Origin: an uncultured delta proteobacterium
Lineage (GTDB): Bacteria > Myxococcota > Myxococcia > Myxococcales > Anaeromyxobacteraceae
Reading direction: 5' to 3'
Length of the DNA: 64,000 nt
NCBI GenBank assembly: GCA_963814585.1
Contig: CAWFDF010000010.1
Location: forward strand, 1-64,000
The notes under the pieces were generated by a model. That model worked only from the letters and a program-made list of their open reading frames with translations, was not told where the DNA came from and ran no database searches. Positions 1 through 9,814 of the stretch are shown here, in pieces. How positions within the stretch are numbered: position 1 is the stretch's first letter; each line of letters opens with the position of its first letter. The translations under genes and the position numbers were made by a program.

Positions 1-828
1 CCCCTCCGGCCCACCGTAGGACGGCGGCTCGGCGTCGCCCGCCGCCGTCGGCAGGGGCGGCATGGCGTCGTACTCACCGAAGCTGGGAGCCACCAGCGGT
101 GGCACCGGCTCGGGGCCTGCGCCGGTGTCGTCGGACCAGGTGCCATCGCCCTCCGGTGCCGCCGCCGCCAGCTCCGCCGACTCCAGCGGCTCGGAGGGAT
201 CCAGGGGCTCGAGGGGCTCCAGTGGCTCCAGCGGTTCCAGGAGCTCCGCCGCGGCGGGCGATGCGCCCGCGTCGTCGTAGTCGCCGAACTGGAGCGAGGC
301 CTCGGTGGTCCCCTCGGCACGGGCCACCGCGGCCGGCTCGGTGGCGCCGAGCGCCGACCAGTCGTAGGTGGCGGTGGGGTCGTAGCCGGCCGCGATCCAG
401 GCCGCCTCGTCGTAGGGCGCGTCGGGATCGTAGCCCGGGGCCTCGGGGTTCCAGGCCTGCGGTCGCACCTCCTGGCCGAGGGACGACGGGTCGAAGAGGG
501 CCTCGGGGGCCGGCTCCGGCGCCAGCGGCTCCGGCGCGGCGGCCGCCTCGACCGGCGCGGGAGGGGCCGAGGCCGCCGGCGCGCTGGCCGGCGCGGGTGG
601 GGGCGCTGGAGAATCCAGCGGACGGCTCCTCAGCCCGGCCGGGAGGAGCGACTCGCGAAGCTGGGCGGCCGCCGCGGTGACGTCGAAGCCGCCGCGCGAG
701 GGGCGCTCGACCCCGACCAGGTCGCGGAGCTCGGCGAGGCGAGCCGTCTCCGCCGGCGTCAGCGCACCGGTCTGCCGCTTCTGCTCGAGGAGGCGGAACT
801 CCTGCATGACGCTGCGTGGATCGGCCAT
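1..828 (-). CDS. Hypothetical protein, 3'-truncated by window edge; helical N-terminus then acidic/Pro-rich low-complexity region
   Basis: ATG at 828 reads MADPRSVMQEFRLLEQKRQTG...; frame stays open to position 1, so it is absent from the ORF track; divergent from the ygiQ-family gene. Confidence 0.75.
   Translation of the reverse strand, partial: MADPRSVMQEFRLLEQKRQTGALTPAETARLAELRDLVGVERPSRGGFDVTAAAAQLRESLLPAGLRSRPLDSPAPPPAPASAPAASAPPAPVEAAAAPEPLAPEPAPEALFDPSSLGQEVRPQAWNPEAPGYDPDAPYDEAAWIAAGYDPTATYDWSALGATEPAAVARAEGTTEASLQFGDYDDAGASPAAAELLEPLEPLEPLEPLDPSEPLESAELAAAAPEGDGTWSDDTGAGPEPVPPLVAPSFGEYDAMPPLPTAAGDAEPPSYGGPEG
181..243 (-). repeat. Degenerate 9-bp coding tandem repeat (LEP)n
   Basis: Minus strand ctggaaccg ctggagcca ctggagccc ctcgagccc ctggatccc tccgagccg ctggag encodes LEPLEPLEPLEPLDPSEPLE. 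Confidence 0.7.
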
Positions 829-948
829 GGACTCTCATGGGCCAGCGGCGCGCTGGGGGAACGCGCCAGCTCCCCGCCTCGGATGATACCCCGACCCCAC
901 CGGGTGGAGAAGCGGGCGTTGACTTGCTTTCGAGGCAGGCCGACGAGC

Positions 949-2964
949 ATGAATGGGCCGGTCATGAGCCCTCCAGACGACATCCGCGGGACGCGGGGCG
1001 GTCCGCCCACCCGGACCGCTCCACGCCCGCCGGCGGGCCGGGGCCCTCGCCGTGCGCCGCCGCCCGCGGTTCCGGCCAGCGCCTTCCTCCCGCTCCACCC
1101 GGCCGACCTGGCCGCTCGCGGCTGGAAGGAGCTCGACGTCCTGCTGGTGAGCGGGGACGCCTACGTCGACCACCCCAGCTTCGGGGCGGCGGTGATCGGC
1201 CGGGTGCTCGAGGCGCAGGGCTTCAAGGTGGGCATCGTGGCCCAGCCCGACTGGCGCTCCACCGCCGACGTGCTGCGGCTCGGCCGGCCGCGCCTCTTCG
1301 TGGCCATCGCCTCGGGCGCCATGGACTCGATGGTGAACCACTACACGGCCCAGAAGCGGCGACGCTCCGACGACGCCTACACGCCGGGTGGCGTGGCCGG
1401 GAAGCGGCCGGACCGGGCCACGGTGGTCTACTCGAGGCTCTGCCGGCAGGCCTTCGGCCCGACCATGCCGATCGTCATCGGCGGCATCGAGGCCTCGCTC
1501 CGCCGCATCGCCCAGTACGACTACTGGGACGACCGGATCCTCCCGTCGATCCTCGTCCCCTCCGGCGCCGACCTGCTGGTCTACGGGCAGGGCGAGAAGC
1601 CGGTGCTCGAGATCGCCCGGCGCCTCGCCATGGGCGAGGACGTCTGCGGCCTGGTCGACGTGCCGGGGACGGCGGTGGCGGTGGCCGAGCCGGCCATGGC
1701 CCAGCTCGAGGCGCGCTCCCGCGGCGTGCTCCAGCTCCCGTCCTTCGAGGCGGTGGCGGCCGACAAGCGGACCTTCGCCGAGTTCTCGCGCCTGTACCAC
1801 CTGGAGCACAACGAGGCCAACGCCCGGGTCATGGTGCAGCGGCACGGCGCCGGGAAGAGGGCCCGGCTGGTGGTGGTGAACGAGCCCATGCCGCCGCCCA
1901 GCACCGAGCAGCTCGACCGGATCGCCGAGCTGCCCTACGTGCGCGAGGCCCACCCCTCCTACGGCGGCCTGCACATCCCGGCGCTCGAGCAGATCCGCTG
2001 GTCGATCCAGATCCTGCGGGGGTGCGCCGCCGGCTGCAGCTTCTGCTGCATCACCGAGCACCAGGGGCGCGACGTGGCCAGCCGCTCGGAGGCCAGCGTG
2101 CTGCGCGAGCTGGCGGCGCTGGCCAGCAAGGAGAGCTTCAAGGGGACCGTCACCGACCTGGGCGGCGCCACCGCCAACATGTGGGAGATGCGCTGCACCG
2201 ACGAGGCGGCCCACACCGCCTGCCGGCGGCTCTCCTGCGTCTACCCCGGCGTCTGCCAGTTCTTCGCCATCGACCACGGCCCGCTCATCGACCTCTACGA
2301 GAAGGCGCGCCAGGTGAAGGGGGTGAAGCACCTCTTCGTCGGCTCCGGCGTGCGCTACGACCTGGCGCAGGCCGACCAGGTGAACGGTGACCGCTACCTG
2401 AAGACGCTGGTGCAGCACCACGTCTCGGGCCAGCTCAAGGTGGCGCCCGAGCACGTCTGCGAGCCGGTCCTGAAGGTGATGAAGAAGCCGGGCGTGGAGA
2501 GCTTCGAGCGGCTGCGCCGCGACTTCGAGAGGTACTCGGCCGAGGCCGGCAAGGAGCAGTACCTGGTCCCCTACTTCATCTCCTCGCACCCGGGCGCCTC
2601 CCTGGAGGAGGCGGTGCAGCTCATGGAGTACCTGCAGAAGAACCGCTGGAAGCCGCAGCAGGTGCAGGACTTCATGCCCACGCCCATGACGCTGGCCTCC
2701 GACATGTACTGGTCGGGCTACTCGCCCCTCACCATGAAGCCCATCCACGTGGTGCGGGACATGGAGGAGAAGCGGATGCAGAAGGCGCTCATCCGCTGGG
2801 GCGATCCCGACAACGCGCCGCTCATCGAGAAGGCGCTGCGCAAGACCGGGCGCCTCGCTCCCGGCCAGCGGATGAGCGCCGGCATGCGCCCGGCCCGGGA
2901 AGGGCAGCGGCCGCCCTGGGCCCGGCGTGGCGCCCGCAGCGGGCCCCGGCCCAGGGCCCGGTAG
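949..2964 (+). CDS. ygiQ: YgiQ family (UPF0313) radical SAM protein
   Basis: GDAYVDHPSFG, DSMVNHYT, CAAGCSFC (CxxxCxxC), YFISSHPG, QVQDFMPTP; start uncertain (883/949/964). Confidence 0.9.
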   Translation: MNGPVMSPPDDIRGTRGGPPTRTAPRPPAGRGPRRAPPPAVPASAFLPLHPADLAARGWKELDVLLVSGDAYVDHPSFGAAVIGRVLEAQGFKVGIVAQPDWRSTADVLRLGRPRLFVAIASGAMDSMVNHYTAQKRRRSDDAYTPGGVAGKRPDRATVVYSRLCRQAFGPTMPIVIGGIEASLRRIAQYDYWDDRILPSILVPSGADLLVYGQGEKPVLEIARRLAMGEDVCGLVDVPGTAVAVAEPAMAQLEARSRGVLQLPSFEAVAADKRTFAEFSRLYHLEHNEANARVMVQRHGAGKRARLVVVNEPMPPPSTEQLDRIAELPYVREAHPSYGGLHIPALEQIRWSIQILRGCAAGCSFCCITEHQGRDVASRSEASVLRELAALASKESFKGTVTDLGGATANMWEMRCTDEAAHTACRRLSCVYPGVCQFFAIDHGPLIDLYEKARQVKGVKHLFVGSGVRYDLAQADQVNGDRYLKTLVQHHVSGQLKVAPEHVCEPVLKVMKKPGVESFERLRRDFERYSAEAGKEQYLVPYFISSHPGASLEEAVQLMEYLQKNRWKPQQVQDFMPTPMTLASDMYWSGYSPLTMKPIHVVRDMEEKRMQKALIRWGDPDNAPLIEKALRKTGRLAPGQRMSAGMRPAREGQRPPWARRGARSGPRPRAR

Positions 2965-2970
2965 GACGAC

Positions 2971-4047
2971 GTGGCGGGCTCGCGCGGCAAGGTGCTGGTT
3001 GGCATGAGCGGCGGCGTCGACTCGTCGGTGGCCGCGGCGCTGCTCCGCGAGCAGGGGTACGAGGTGACCGGGGTCTTCGTCTGCCTGGGGACCGCGGCCG
3101 ACGCCGACGGTGGGAGCGGCTGCTGCTCCCCGCAGGACGCCGCCGACGCGCGGCGGGTGGCCGGGCTGCTCGGCATCGACCTCTTCGTGCTGGAGGCGGC
3201 CCGGGACTTCACCCTGATCATCGACCGGTTCGCGGCCGAGTACGCCGCTGGCCGGACGCCCAACCCCTGTGTCGGCTGCAACCGCGACATCAAGTTCGCC
3301 CGGCTGCTGTCCCACGCCCGGGCGCTCGGCTTCGACGCCATCGCCACCGGCCACTACGCCCGGGTGGTGGGGCGGGCCGGCGGGCCGGCCATCGCCCGGG
3401 CCCGGGCCCGGGAGAAGGACCAGAGCTACGTGCTCTTCGAGCTGCCGGCCGAGGCGCGCGCCCGCCTGCTCCTGCCGCTCGGCGAGCTGCCGGACAAGGG
3501 CGCGGTGCGGGAGCAGGCCAGGAGGCTCGGGCTGCCGGTCCACGACAAGCCCGACAGCCAGGAGATCTGCTTCGTGGGCGAGGCCGGCTACGCCGGGCTG
3601 CTGGCGGCGCGGGCGCCGGCGGCGCTGACCCCGGGCCCCATCGTCGACGAGGCCGGGCGGGAGGTGGGTCGCCACCAGGGCTACGCCCGCTACACCATCG
3701 GCCAGCGACGCGGGCTCGGCGGCGGCGCGGGCCAGCGCCGCTACGTCATCGGCATCGAGGCGGCCACCGCCACGGTGCGCGTCGGTCCGCGGGCGGCCAC
3801 GCTGCGCGCCGGGCTGCGCGCCGCGCGGGCCACCTGGATGGGGCCGCTGCCGGAGGGTGGCCGGGTGTCGCTGCAGCTCCGCTCCGCCCCGGCCACGGTG
3901 GCGGCGGACGTCGTGCTCGCGGGCGACGGCTTCACCGCCCGCTTCGAGGAGCCGGTGGCGGCGGTGGCGCCGGGCCAGGCCGCGGTGCTCTACGAGGGCG
4001 ACGTGGTGGTGGGCGGCGGCTGGATCGAGGAGGCGCTGCCGCGCTAG
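2971..4047 (+). CDS. mnmA: tRNA 2-thiouridine(34) synthase
   Basis: MSGGVDSS PP-loop, PNPCVGCN, ATGHYA, KDQSY, DSQEICF, YTIGQRRGLG, APGQAAVLY. Confidence 0.95.
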   Translation: MAGSRGKVLVGMSGGVDSSVAAALLREQGYEVTGVFVCLGTAADADGGSGCCSPQDAADARRVAGLLGIDLFVLEAARDFTLIIDRFAAEYAAGRTPNPCVGCNRDIKFARLLSHARALGFDAIATGHYARVVGRAGGPAIARARAREKDQSYVLFELPAEARARLLLPLGELPDKGAVREQARRLGLPVHDKPDSQEICFVGEAGYAGLLAARAPAALTPGPIVDEAGREVGRHQGYARYTIGQRRGLGGGAGQRRYVIGIEAATATVRVGPRAATLRAGLRAARATWMGPLPEGGRVSLQLRSAPATVAADVVLAGDGFTARFEEPVAAVAPGQAAVLYEGDVVVGGGWIEEALPR

Positions 4048-4059
4048 CGTGCGCCCGCC

Positions 4060-5445
4060 ATGACCGCCCCACTCACCGACGCCGAGCGGCTCGCCCGCCA
4101 CGCGCGGCTCGCCGCCGCGGATCACCGCCACCTCTGGCACCCCTTCACGCAGATGCAGGACTGGCTCCGGGAGGACCCGCTCGTCATCGACCGGGCCGAG
4201 GGGGTCGAGCTCATCGACACCATGGGGCGGCGCTACCTGGACGGCGTCTCCTCGCTCTGGTGCAACGTCCACGGTCACCGGGTCCCCGAGCTCGACGAGG
4301 CGGTGCGCGCCCAGCTCGACCGCATCGCCCACTCCACGCTGCTGGGCCTGGCCTCGACCGCCTCCATCGAGTGCGCCGAGGAGCTGGTGCGCCACGTGCC
4401 CCGGGCGCTCACCCGCGTCTTCTTCTCCGACGCCGGCGCCACCGCCGTGGAGATCGCCATCAAGATGGCGTTCCAGCACTTCCAGCTGCGAGGCGACGTG
4501 GCGCGGAGCGAGTTCGTCTCCATCACCGGCGGCTATCACGGCGACACCATCGGCTCGGTCTCGGTGGGCGGCATCGACCTCTTCCACCGCATCTTCAAGC
4601 CGCTCCTCTTCGACGTGCACCACGCGCCCCAGCCCTACTGCTACCGCTGCCCGCTCGGGAAGGCGCTGCCCGCCTGCGCCATGGCCTGCGCCGGCGAGGT
4701 CGAGGCCGTCTTCGCGGCCCGCCCCGGCAAGATCGCGGCGCTGGTGATCGAGCCGCTCGTCCAGGGGGCCGACGGCATGATCACCCAGCCGCCAGGGTAC
4801 CTGGGGCGGATGCGTGAGATCTGCGATCGCCACGGCGCGCTGCTGATCTGCGACGAGGTGGCCACCGGCTGGGGGCGCACCGGCACCACCTTCGCCGTGG
4901 AGCAGGAGGGGGTGGTCCCGGACATCATGACCACCGCCAAGGGGCTGACCGGGGGCTACCTGCCGCTGGCCGCCACGCTCACCACCGAGGCCATCTTCGA
5001 GTCCTTCCTGGGGGACTTCGAGTCGAGGCGGACCTTCTTCCACGGCCACACCTACGCCGGCAACCCGCTGGCCTGCGCGGTGGCCACCGCCTCGATGCGG
5101 CTGTTCCGGGAGCGGCGGATCATCGAGGGGCTGCCGGCCAAGGTGGAGACGCTGCGGCGGGCGCTGGCGCCGCTCGGGACCCACCCCCACGTCGGCGAGA
5201 TCCGCCAGCGCGGCCTGATGGTCGGGATCGAGCTGGTGCGGGACCGCGCCGGCAAGACCGAGTACGAGTACCCGCTGCGGGTCGGACACCAGGTGTGCCT
5301 GGAGGCCAGGAAGCAGGGCGTGCTGCTGCGCCCGCTCGGCAACGTGGTGGTGGTGATGCCGCCGCTGGCCGTGACCGGGCCGCAGCTCGCGCAGCTGGCG
5401 GACGCGGTGCGCGCCGGCATCGACGCGGTCACCGCGAGGGCCTGA
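4060..5445 (+). CDS. bioA: Adenosylmethionine-8-amino-7-oxononanoate aminotransferase
   Basis: LWHPFTQM, SSLWCNVHGH, YHGDT, DEVATGWGRTG, AKGLTGGYLP, HGHTY; adjacent to bioD. Confidence 0.95.
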   Translation: MTAPLTDAERLARHARLAAADHRHLWHPFTQMQDWLREDPLVIDRAEGVELIDTMGRRYLDGVSSLWCNVHGHRVPELDEAVRAQLDRIAHSTLLGLASTASIECAEELVRHVPRALTRVFFSDAGATAVEIAIKMAFQHFQLRGDVARSEFVSITGGYHGDTIGSVSVGGIDLFHRIFKPLLFDVHHAPQPYCYRCPLGKALPACAMACAGEVEAVFAARPGKIAALVIEPLVQGADGMITQPPGYLGRMREICDRHGALLICDEVATGWGRTGTTFAVEQEGVVPDIMTTAKGLTGGYLPLAATLTTEAIFESFLGDFESRRTFFHGHTYAGNPLACAVATASMRLFRERRIIEGLPAKVETLRRALAPLGTHPHVGEIRQRGLMVGIELVRDRAGKTEYEYPLRVGHQVCLEARKQGVLLRPLGNVVVVMPPLAVTGPQLAQLADAVRAGIDAVTARA

Positions 5446-5449
5446 GGTC

Positions 5450-6122
5450 ATGCGCGGCCTCTTCGTCACCGGCACCGACACCGGCGTGGGCAAGACCGAG
5501 GTGGCCTGCGCGCTGCTGGCGGCCGCGCGCGACGCCGGGCTCGACGTGGGCGCGATGAAGCCCGCCCAGTCGGGGGTGACGCCGGGCGAGGCCAGCGACG
5601 CGGTGCGGCTGCGGCAGGCGGCCGGGAGCGCCGATCCGCTCGAGCTGGTCTGCCCGTACCAGTTCGAGGCGCCGCTGGCGCCGGCGGTGGCGGCGCGGCT
5701 GGCCGGCGCCGAGATCTCGCTGCCGCGGATCCTCGAGGCGGCCCGGGCGCTGGCCGAGCGCCACGCCGCGCTGGTGGTGGAGGGGGCGGGCGGCCTGCTG
5801 GTGCCGCTCACGCCCCGCCAGACCTTCGCCGACCTGGCCGTGGCGCTCGGGCTGCCGGTGCTGGTGGTGGCGCGGGCCGGGCTCGGGCACCGTGAACCAC
5901 ACCGCGCTCACGGTGGAGGCGCTGCGATCGCGCCGGCTGGACGTGGCCGGCGTGGTGCTCAACCGGACCGCCCCCGGCGACGATCCATCGGCGCCGCACA
6001 ACGCCGCCGAGATCGAGCGGCTCACCGGGGTCCGCGTGCTGGCGACGCTGCCGTACCTGCGCGATATCGCTCCCAGGGCCGCTTTCCTGCGATCGGCGCT
6101 GTCCGGCAAAGTCCAATTTTAG
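5450..6122 (+). CDS. bioD: Dethiobiotin synthase with apparent +1 frameshift near 5886
   Basis: TGTDTGVGKT, KPAQSG, VEGAGG; LGTVNHT motif split across frames at ctcgggcaccgtg; C-terminus lies in ORF 5892..6122. Confidence 0.9.
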
Positions 6123-6174
6123 TCGCGCCGAAGAAAAATGGATCGGCCTCCGGAACGATCCTACAGATCGCGAC

Positions 6175-6448
6175 GTGCCGAACGTCGTCGACCTCACGCT
6201 CGTCAGCCAGGCCCGGCGAGCCCTCCACAGCACGCTCGACGGCCGCGGGCTCGGGTTCTTCCTCGAGGAGAGCTCCCGGGCGCCGCGGCTCGACCCGCGC
6301 CGCATCGCCTGGATCGTCGAGGCGGCGCGGCGGCGGGTGGGGCGCGCCGCCGGGCGCGACCCGAACGCCCTCTCCAGGACCCGGCGGGTGGTGCGGCGCG
6401 AGCTGATCCGGCGCCTCGCCGACGCCATGCTCCAGGCGGGGCTCGTAG
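6175..6448 (+). CDS. Small Arg-rich hypothetical protein (~90 aa); stop probably displaced by a 1-nt insertion
   Basis: MPNVVDLTLV...AMLQAGL is followed by g-TAG (6446-6448); the read-through part of ORF 6175..6798 is antisense to the DUF1844 gene. Confidence 0.55.
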
Positions 6449-6459
6449 ATCCCGCCCCG

Positions 6460-6726
6460 TCACGTCCTCTTGCTCGCCTCCACGTACCTGAGCTTGAGGT
6501 CGAGCAGGAGCTGGACCAGCAGCTTGTCCTCCTCCTCGCTCAGGTTCCCCCGGGTCTTCTCCTGGAGCATGGCGAGGATCTCGATGCTCTGGTGCGCCAG
6601 CGGCAGGTTCCGCTCCCCCGGCTTGCCGGTCTCCGGGTGCGGCGCGTCGCCGAGGTGGACCAGCACCGACGAGCCGATGGAGAGCACGAAGGTGTAGAAG
6701 TCGATGTCCTGGCGGGTGTCGCCCAC
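6460..6726 (-). CDS. DUF1844 domain protein
   Basis: GTG start after GAGGAGG; DFYTFVLSIG, LAHQSIEILAMLQEKTRGNLSEEE. Confidence 0.85.
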   Translation of the reverse strand: MGDTRQDIDFYTFVLSIGSSVLVHLGDAPHPETGKPGERNLPLAHQSIEILAMLQEKTRGNLSEEEDKLLVQLLLDLKLRYVEASKRT

Positions 6727-6794
6727 GGTGGCCTCCTCGAGCGCGGTGGCGCGGGCCCGAGGATAGCAGGGACCGCTCGTGCTGGGGCGCGGCC

Positions 6795-8155
6795 CTAGTC
6801 GAGATCGAAGGCGATCCGCTCGGCCGCGTAGCCGCGCTGCACCAGCAGCACCAGCTGGCCGGTGCGCCGCGCGCCGGCGGCGGCGCGCCGGAACTCGTCG
6901 AGGGTGGAGACCTCGAGGCCGTTCACCTCGCCGCACCAGGTCGCCCTTCTGGAGCCCGACCTTGGCGGCCGGGGTCCCCTTGGTGACGCCGCGGATGGCC
7001 AGCACCACCCGCATCGGCGGCCCTGACCTGCTCCAGCGCCACGCCGACGCGCCGCTGCACCAGCTGCTCGACGCGCTGGGGCGTCAGCTCGACCGCCGGC
7101 ACCGTCACGCTGAGCCGCTGCGCGCCCCGCTTCAGGTCGAGCCGGGCGCTGCCGCCGATGGGCAGGTCGCGCAGCCGGAAGCGGAACTCCTCGGCCCCCT
7201 CGGGCGCCACGCCGTCGACCGCCTCGATCAGGTCTCCCCGCCGCACCCCGGCCTTCTCGGCCGGCGAGCCGGGGTCGACGCCGGTGACCTGGACCCCGCC
7301 GCTGGAGCCGGGGAGCGACCCCTCGCGCGCCGGCAGGTCGTCGACGCTGGCGCCGAGGTAGCCCTCGCGGACCTCGCCGTGCTTGATGAGGTCCTGGGCG
7401 ATGCGCCGGGCCCGGTCGATGGGGATGGCGAAGCCGATGCCGGCGCTCCGGTCGCCGAGGATGGCGGTGTTGATGCCGATGAGCCGGCCCTCGATGTCGA
7501 GCAGCGGCCCGCCCGAGTTGCCGGGGTTGATGGAGGCGTCGGTCTGGATGAAGTCGAAGAGGGTCCGGTCGCCGGCCTTGAAGTTGCGGTGGAGCGCCGA
7601 GACCACGCCGGTGGTGACGGTGCTGGCGAGGCCGAAGGGGTTGCCGATGGCGATCACCGTCTCGCCGATGAGCAGCTCCTCGGAGCGGCCGATGGGCACC
7701 GCCGGCAGCCGCTCCGGCGTCTCCAGCTTGAGGACGGCGAGGTCCGAGGAGGGATCGGTGCCGATCAGCTTGGCGGTCAGCTCGCGCCCGTCCACCAGCC
7801 CGACGCGGAAGCGGGCGCCGCGCTCGACCACGTGGTTGTTGGTGAGGACGTAGCCCTCGGCCGAGACGATCACGCCCGAGCCGAGCGAGGTGACGGCGTA
7901 GCCCTTCCGGTAGCGCGGGCGCTCGAAGAAGCCGAAGATGTCGTCGCCGCCGCCCTGCTTCGAGGGGACGCGGATGCGGACCAGCTCCTCGGCCGAGACG
8001 TTGACCACCGCGCCGCGGATCCGCTCGACCGCCGCCACCACCGGCGTGCGGCGGCTGGCGGCGGGCGTGGACTCCCCGCGCGGGATCACCTCCCGGGCGA
8101 CGCCGGGGGCCGCGGCGAGCAGGCAGGCCGCGGCGAGGAGGGGCCGGGCCCGCAT
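6795..8155 (-). CDS. HtrA/DegQ-family serine protease with two PDZ domains; apparent frameshifts near 7017 and 6932
   Basis: Signal peptide, LGSGVI, TNNHV, SDLAVL, IQTDASINPGNSGGPL; second PDZ continues in other frames to ...IAFDLD stop at 6795. Confidence 0.88.
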
Positions 8156-8159
8156 CGCG

Positions 8160-8348
8160 CTACGCCCCGCCGTCGCCGCCGACGTCCGGCTCGGCGTCCA
8201 TGGCCGACTCGACCGGCACCGCCTGGTCGGCGAGGTCCGGGAGGGCCTTGAGGTGGGCGGCGTACTCCTTCTCGTCGACGATCCCCTTGCGCACGTAGCG
8301 CTTCACCACGCGCCGGTCGATCAGCTTGGTCTCGAACGTCTCTGCCAT
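8160..8348 (-). CDS. Small hypothetical protein (62 aa)
   Basis: MAETFETKLIDRRVVKRYVRKGIVDEKEY...; stop 4 nt before the protease ATG. Confidence 0.75.
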   Translation of the reverse strand: MAETFETKLIDRRVVKRYVRKGIVDEKEYAAHLKALPDLADQAVPVESAMDAEPDVGGDGGA

Positions 8349-8391
8349 GTGGAACCCTCGGGATGCCTGGGGAAGGCGTGAAGAGGCGCGG

Positions 8392-8421
8392 AACATAGGC
8401 GGCGGCTTGCTGGCGCGTCAA
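8392..8421 (-). promoter_or_regulatory. Candidate sigma70 promoter for small protein-protease-DUF1844 unit
   Basis: TTGACG-18 nt-TATGTT on the minus strand, about 45 nt upstream of ATG 8348. Confidence 0.5.
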
Positions 8422-8441
8422 GCCGCGTGGTACCCCCGCGG

Positions 8442-9101
8442 ATGATGCCGCTCCCCGCCTCGTCCGCGCGGTCCTCCCGGCTGGCCCGGCTGCGCGGGCT
8501 CTACGCCATCGTCGGCGGCGACGATCCGCTGGCGAGGGCGGCCGAGGCGCTCGACGGCGGCGCCGCCGTCATCCAGCTGCGGGTGAAGGACCGGCCGGCC
8601 GGCGAGCTGCTGGAGGTGGCGGGCCGGCTGGTGGCGCTGGCCCGCGGCCGGGCGCTGGTGATCGTCAACGACCGGGCCGACCTGGCCGTGCTGGCCGGGG
8701 CCGACGGGGTCCACGTCGGCGAGGAGGACCTGCCGGTGGCCGCGGCCAGGGCGGTGGTCGGGCCCGACCTGCTGGTGGGGCGCTCGACCCGCACGCTGCA
8801 GGACGGCCTCGCGGCGCTGGCCGAGGGCGCCGACCACGTCGGCTTCGGGCCCATGTTCGCCACCGCCACCAAGCGGATCGCCGAGCCACCCCGCGGCCTG
8901 GCCATGCTGGCCGAGGTGGCGGGCCGGCTCCCGGCGCCGGTGGTGGCCATCGGCGGCATCGGCCTCGACACCATCGGGCCGGTGGCCGCCGCGGGGGCCG
9001 CCGCCGCCGCCGTCATCGGCGCGCTCCTCGACGGGCCCGACCCGCGCCGCCAGGCCGCGGCGCTGGCCGCCGCCTTCGCGGCGGCGCGGAAGGCCGGATG
9101 A
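8442..9101 (+). CDS. thiE: Thiamine-phosphate synthase
   Basis: IQLRVK, IVNDRADLA, GVHVGEED, GPMFATATK, VAIGGI. Confidence 0.92.
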   Translation: MMPLPASSARSSRLARLRGLYAIVGGDDPLARAAEALDGGAAVIQLRVKDRPAGELLEVAGRLVALARGRALVIVNDRADLAVLAGADGVHVGEEDLPVAAARAVVGPDLLVGRSTRTLQDGLAALAEGADHVGFGPMFATATKRIAEPPRGLAMLAEVAGRLPAPVVAIGGIGLDTIGPVAAAGAAAAAVIGALLDGPDPRRQAAALAAAFAAARKAG

Positions 9102-9814
9102 GCCGTCGCCCCCGCATCGGGCTCACCCTCGACGTCGACCAGGCCGGCGTCACCTGGACGCTGAAGAGGGCCTACGCCGAGGCGGTGACCTCGGCCGGGG
9201 GGCTGCCGCTGCCGCTGCCGCACCTGGCGGACGCGGCGCCCGAGCTGCTGGCCCTCTGCGACGCGCTGGTGGTGACCGGCGGGGACTTCGACGTGCCGCC
9301 CGAGCTCTACGGCGAGGCGCGCCGCCCGGCCTGCGGCCCGGCCCGGCCGGAGCGGACCGCGGCCGAGCTGGCGCTCCTCCGGCTGGCGCTGGCCAGCGAC
9401 CTGCCGCTGCTGGGGGTCTGCGGCGGGATGCAGCTGCTGGCGGTGGCGCTGGGCGGCTCGCTCCACCAGGACCTCGAGGCCGACCTCGGCCTCGGCGGCC
9501 ACCAGCAGCCGCGCCCCAAGGACGTGCCCAGCCACGAGGTGGTGGTGGCGGCGGGGACCCTGCTGGCCGGGCTGGTCGGGGCCGGTTCACTTCGGGTCAA
9601 CTCGACCCATCACCAGGCGGTGCGCCAGCCGGGGCGCGGCGCGCTGGTGTCGGCGCGGGCGCCCGACGGCGTCATCGAGGCCATCGAGGTGCCGGCGCTG
9701 CGCTTCGCGCTGGGCGTGCAGTGGCACCCGGAGGCGGCCGGCCGCCACGAGCCTCGCCACGCCGCCATCTACGCCGGCCTGGTGGCGGCGGCGTCGGGCC
9801 GGGGAGCGCCATGA
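9098..9814 (+). CDS. Class I glutamine amidotransferase-like / peptidase C26 (PuuD-like) hydrolase
   Basis: TGGDFDVPP, GVCGGMQ (catalytic Cys), VNSTHHQAV, GVQWHPE. Confidence 0.9.
   Translation: MSRRPRIGLTLDVDQAGVTWTLKRAYAEAVTSAGGLPLPLPHLADAAPELLALCDALVVTGGDFDVPPELYGEARRPACGPARPERTAAELALLRLALASDLPLLGVCGGMQLLAVALGGSLHQDLEADLGLGGHQQPRPKDVPSHEVVVAAGTLLAGLVGAGSLRVNSTHHQAVRQPGRGALVSARAPDGVIEAIEVPALRFALGVQWHPEAAGRHEPRHAAIYAGLVAAASGRGAP

Noticed and set aside
835..5811. Long antisense ORFs (also 11773..15423, 35562..38510, 42827..46324)
   Set aside because: Shadow frames of real genes, expected with high GC at third codon positions; no motifs
5450..7020. Pseudogenes or programmed frameshifting in bioD and the protease
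   Set aside because: No slippery heptamers, and the same pattern recurs in unrelated genes, so sequencing error is more likely
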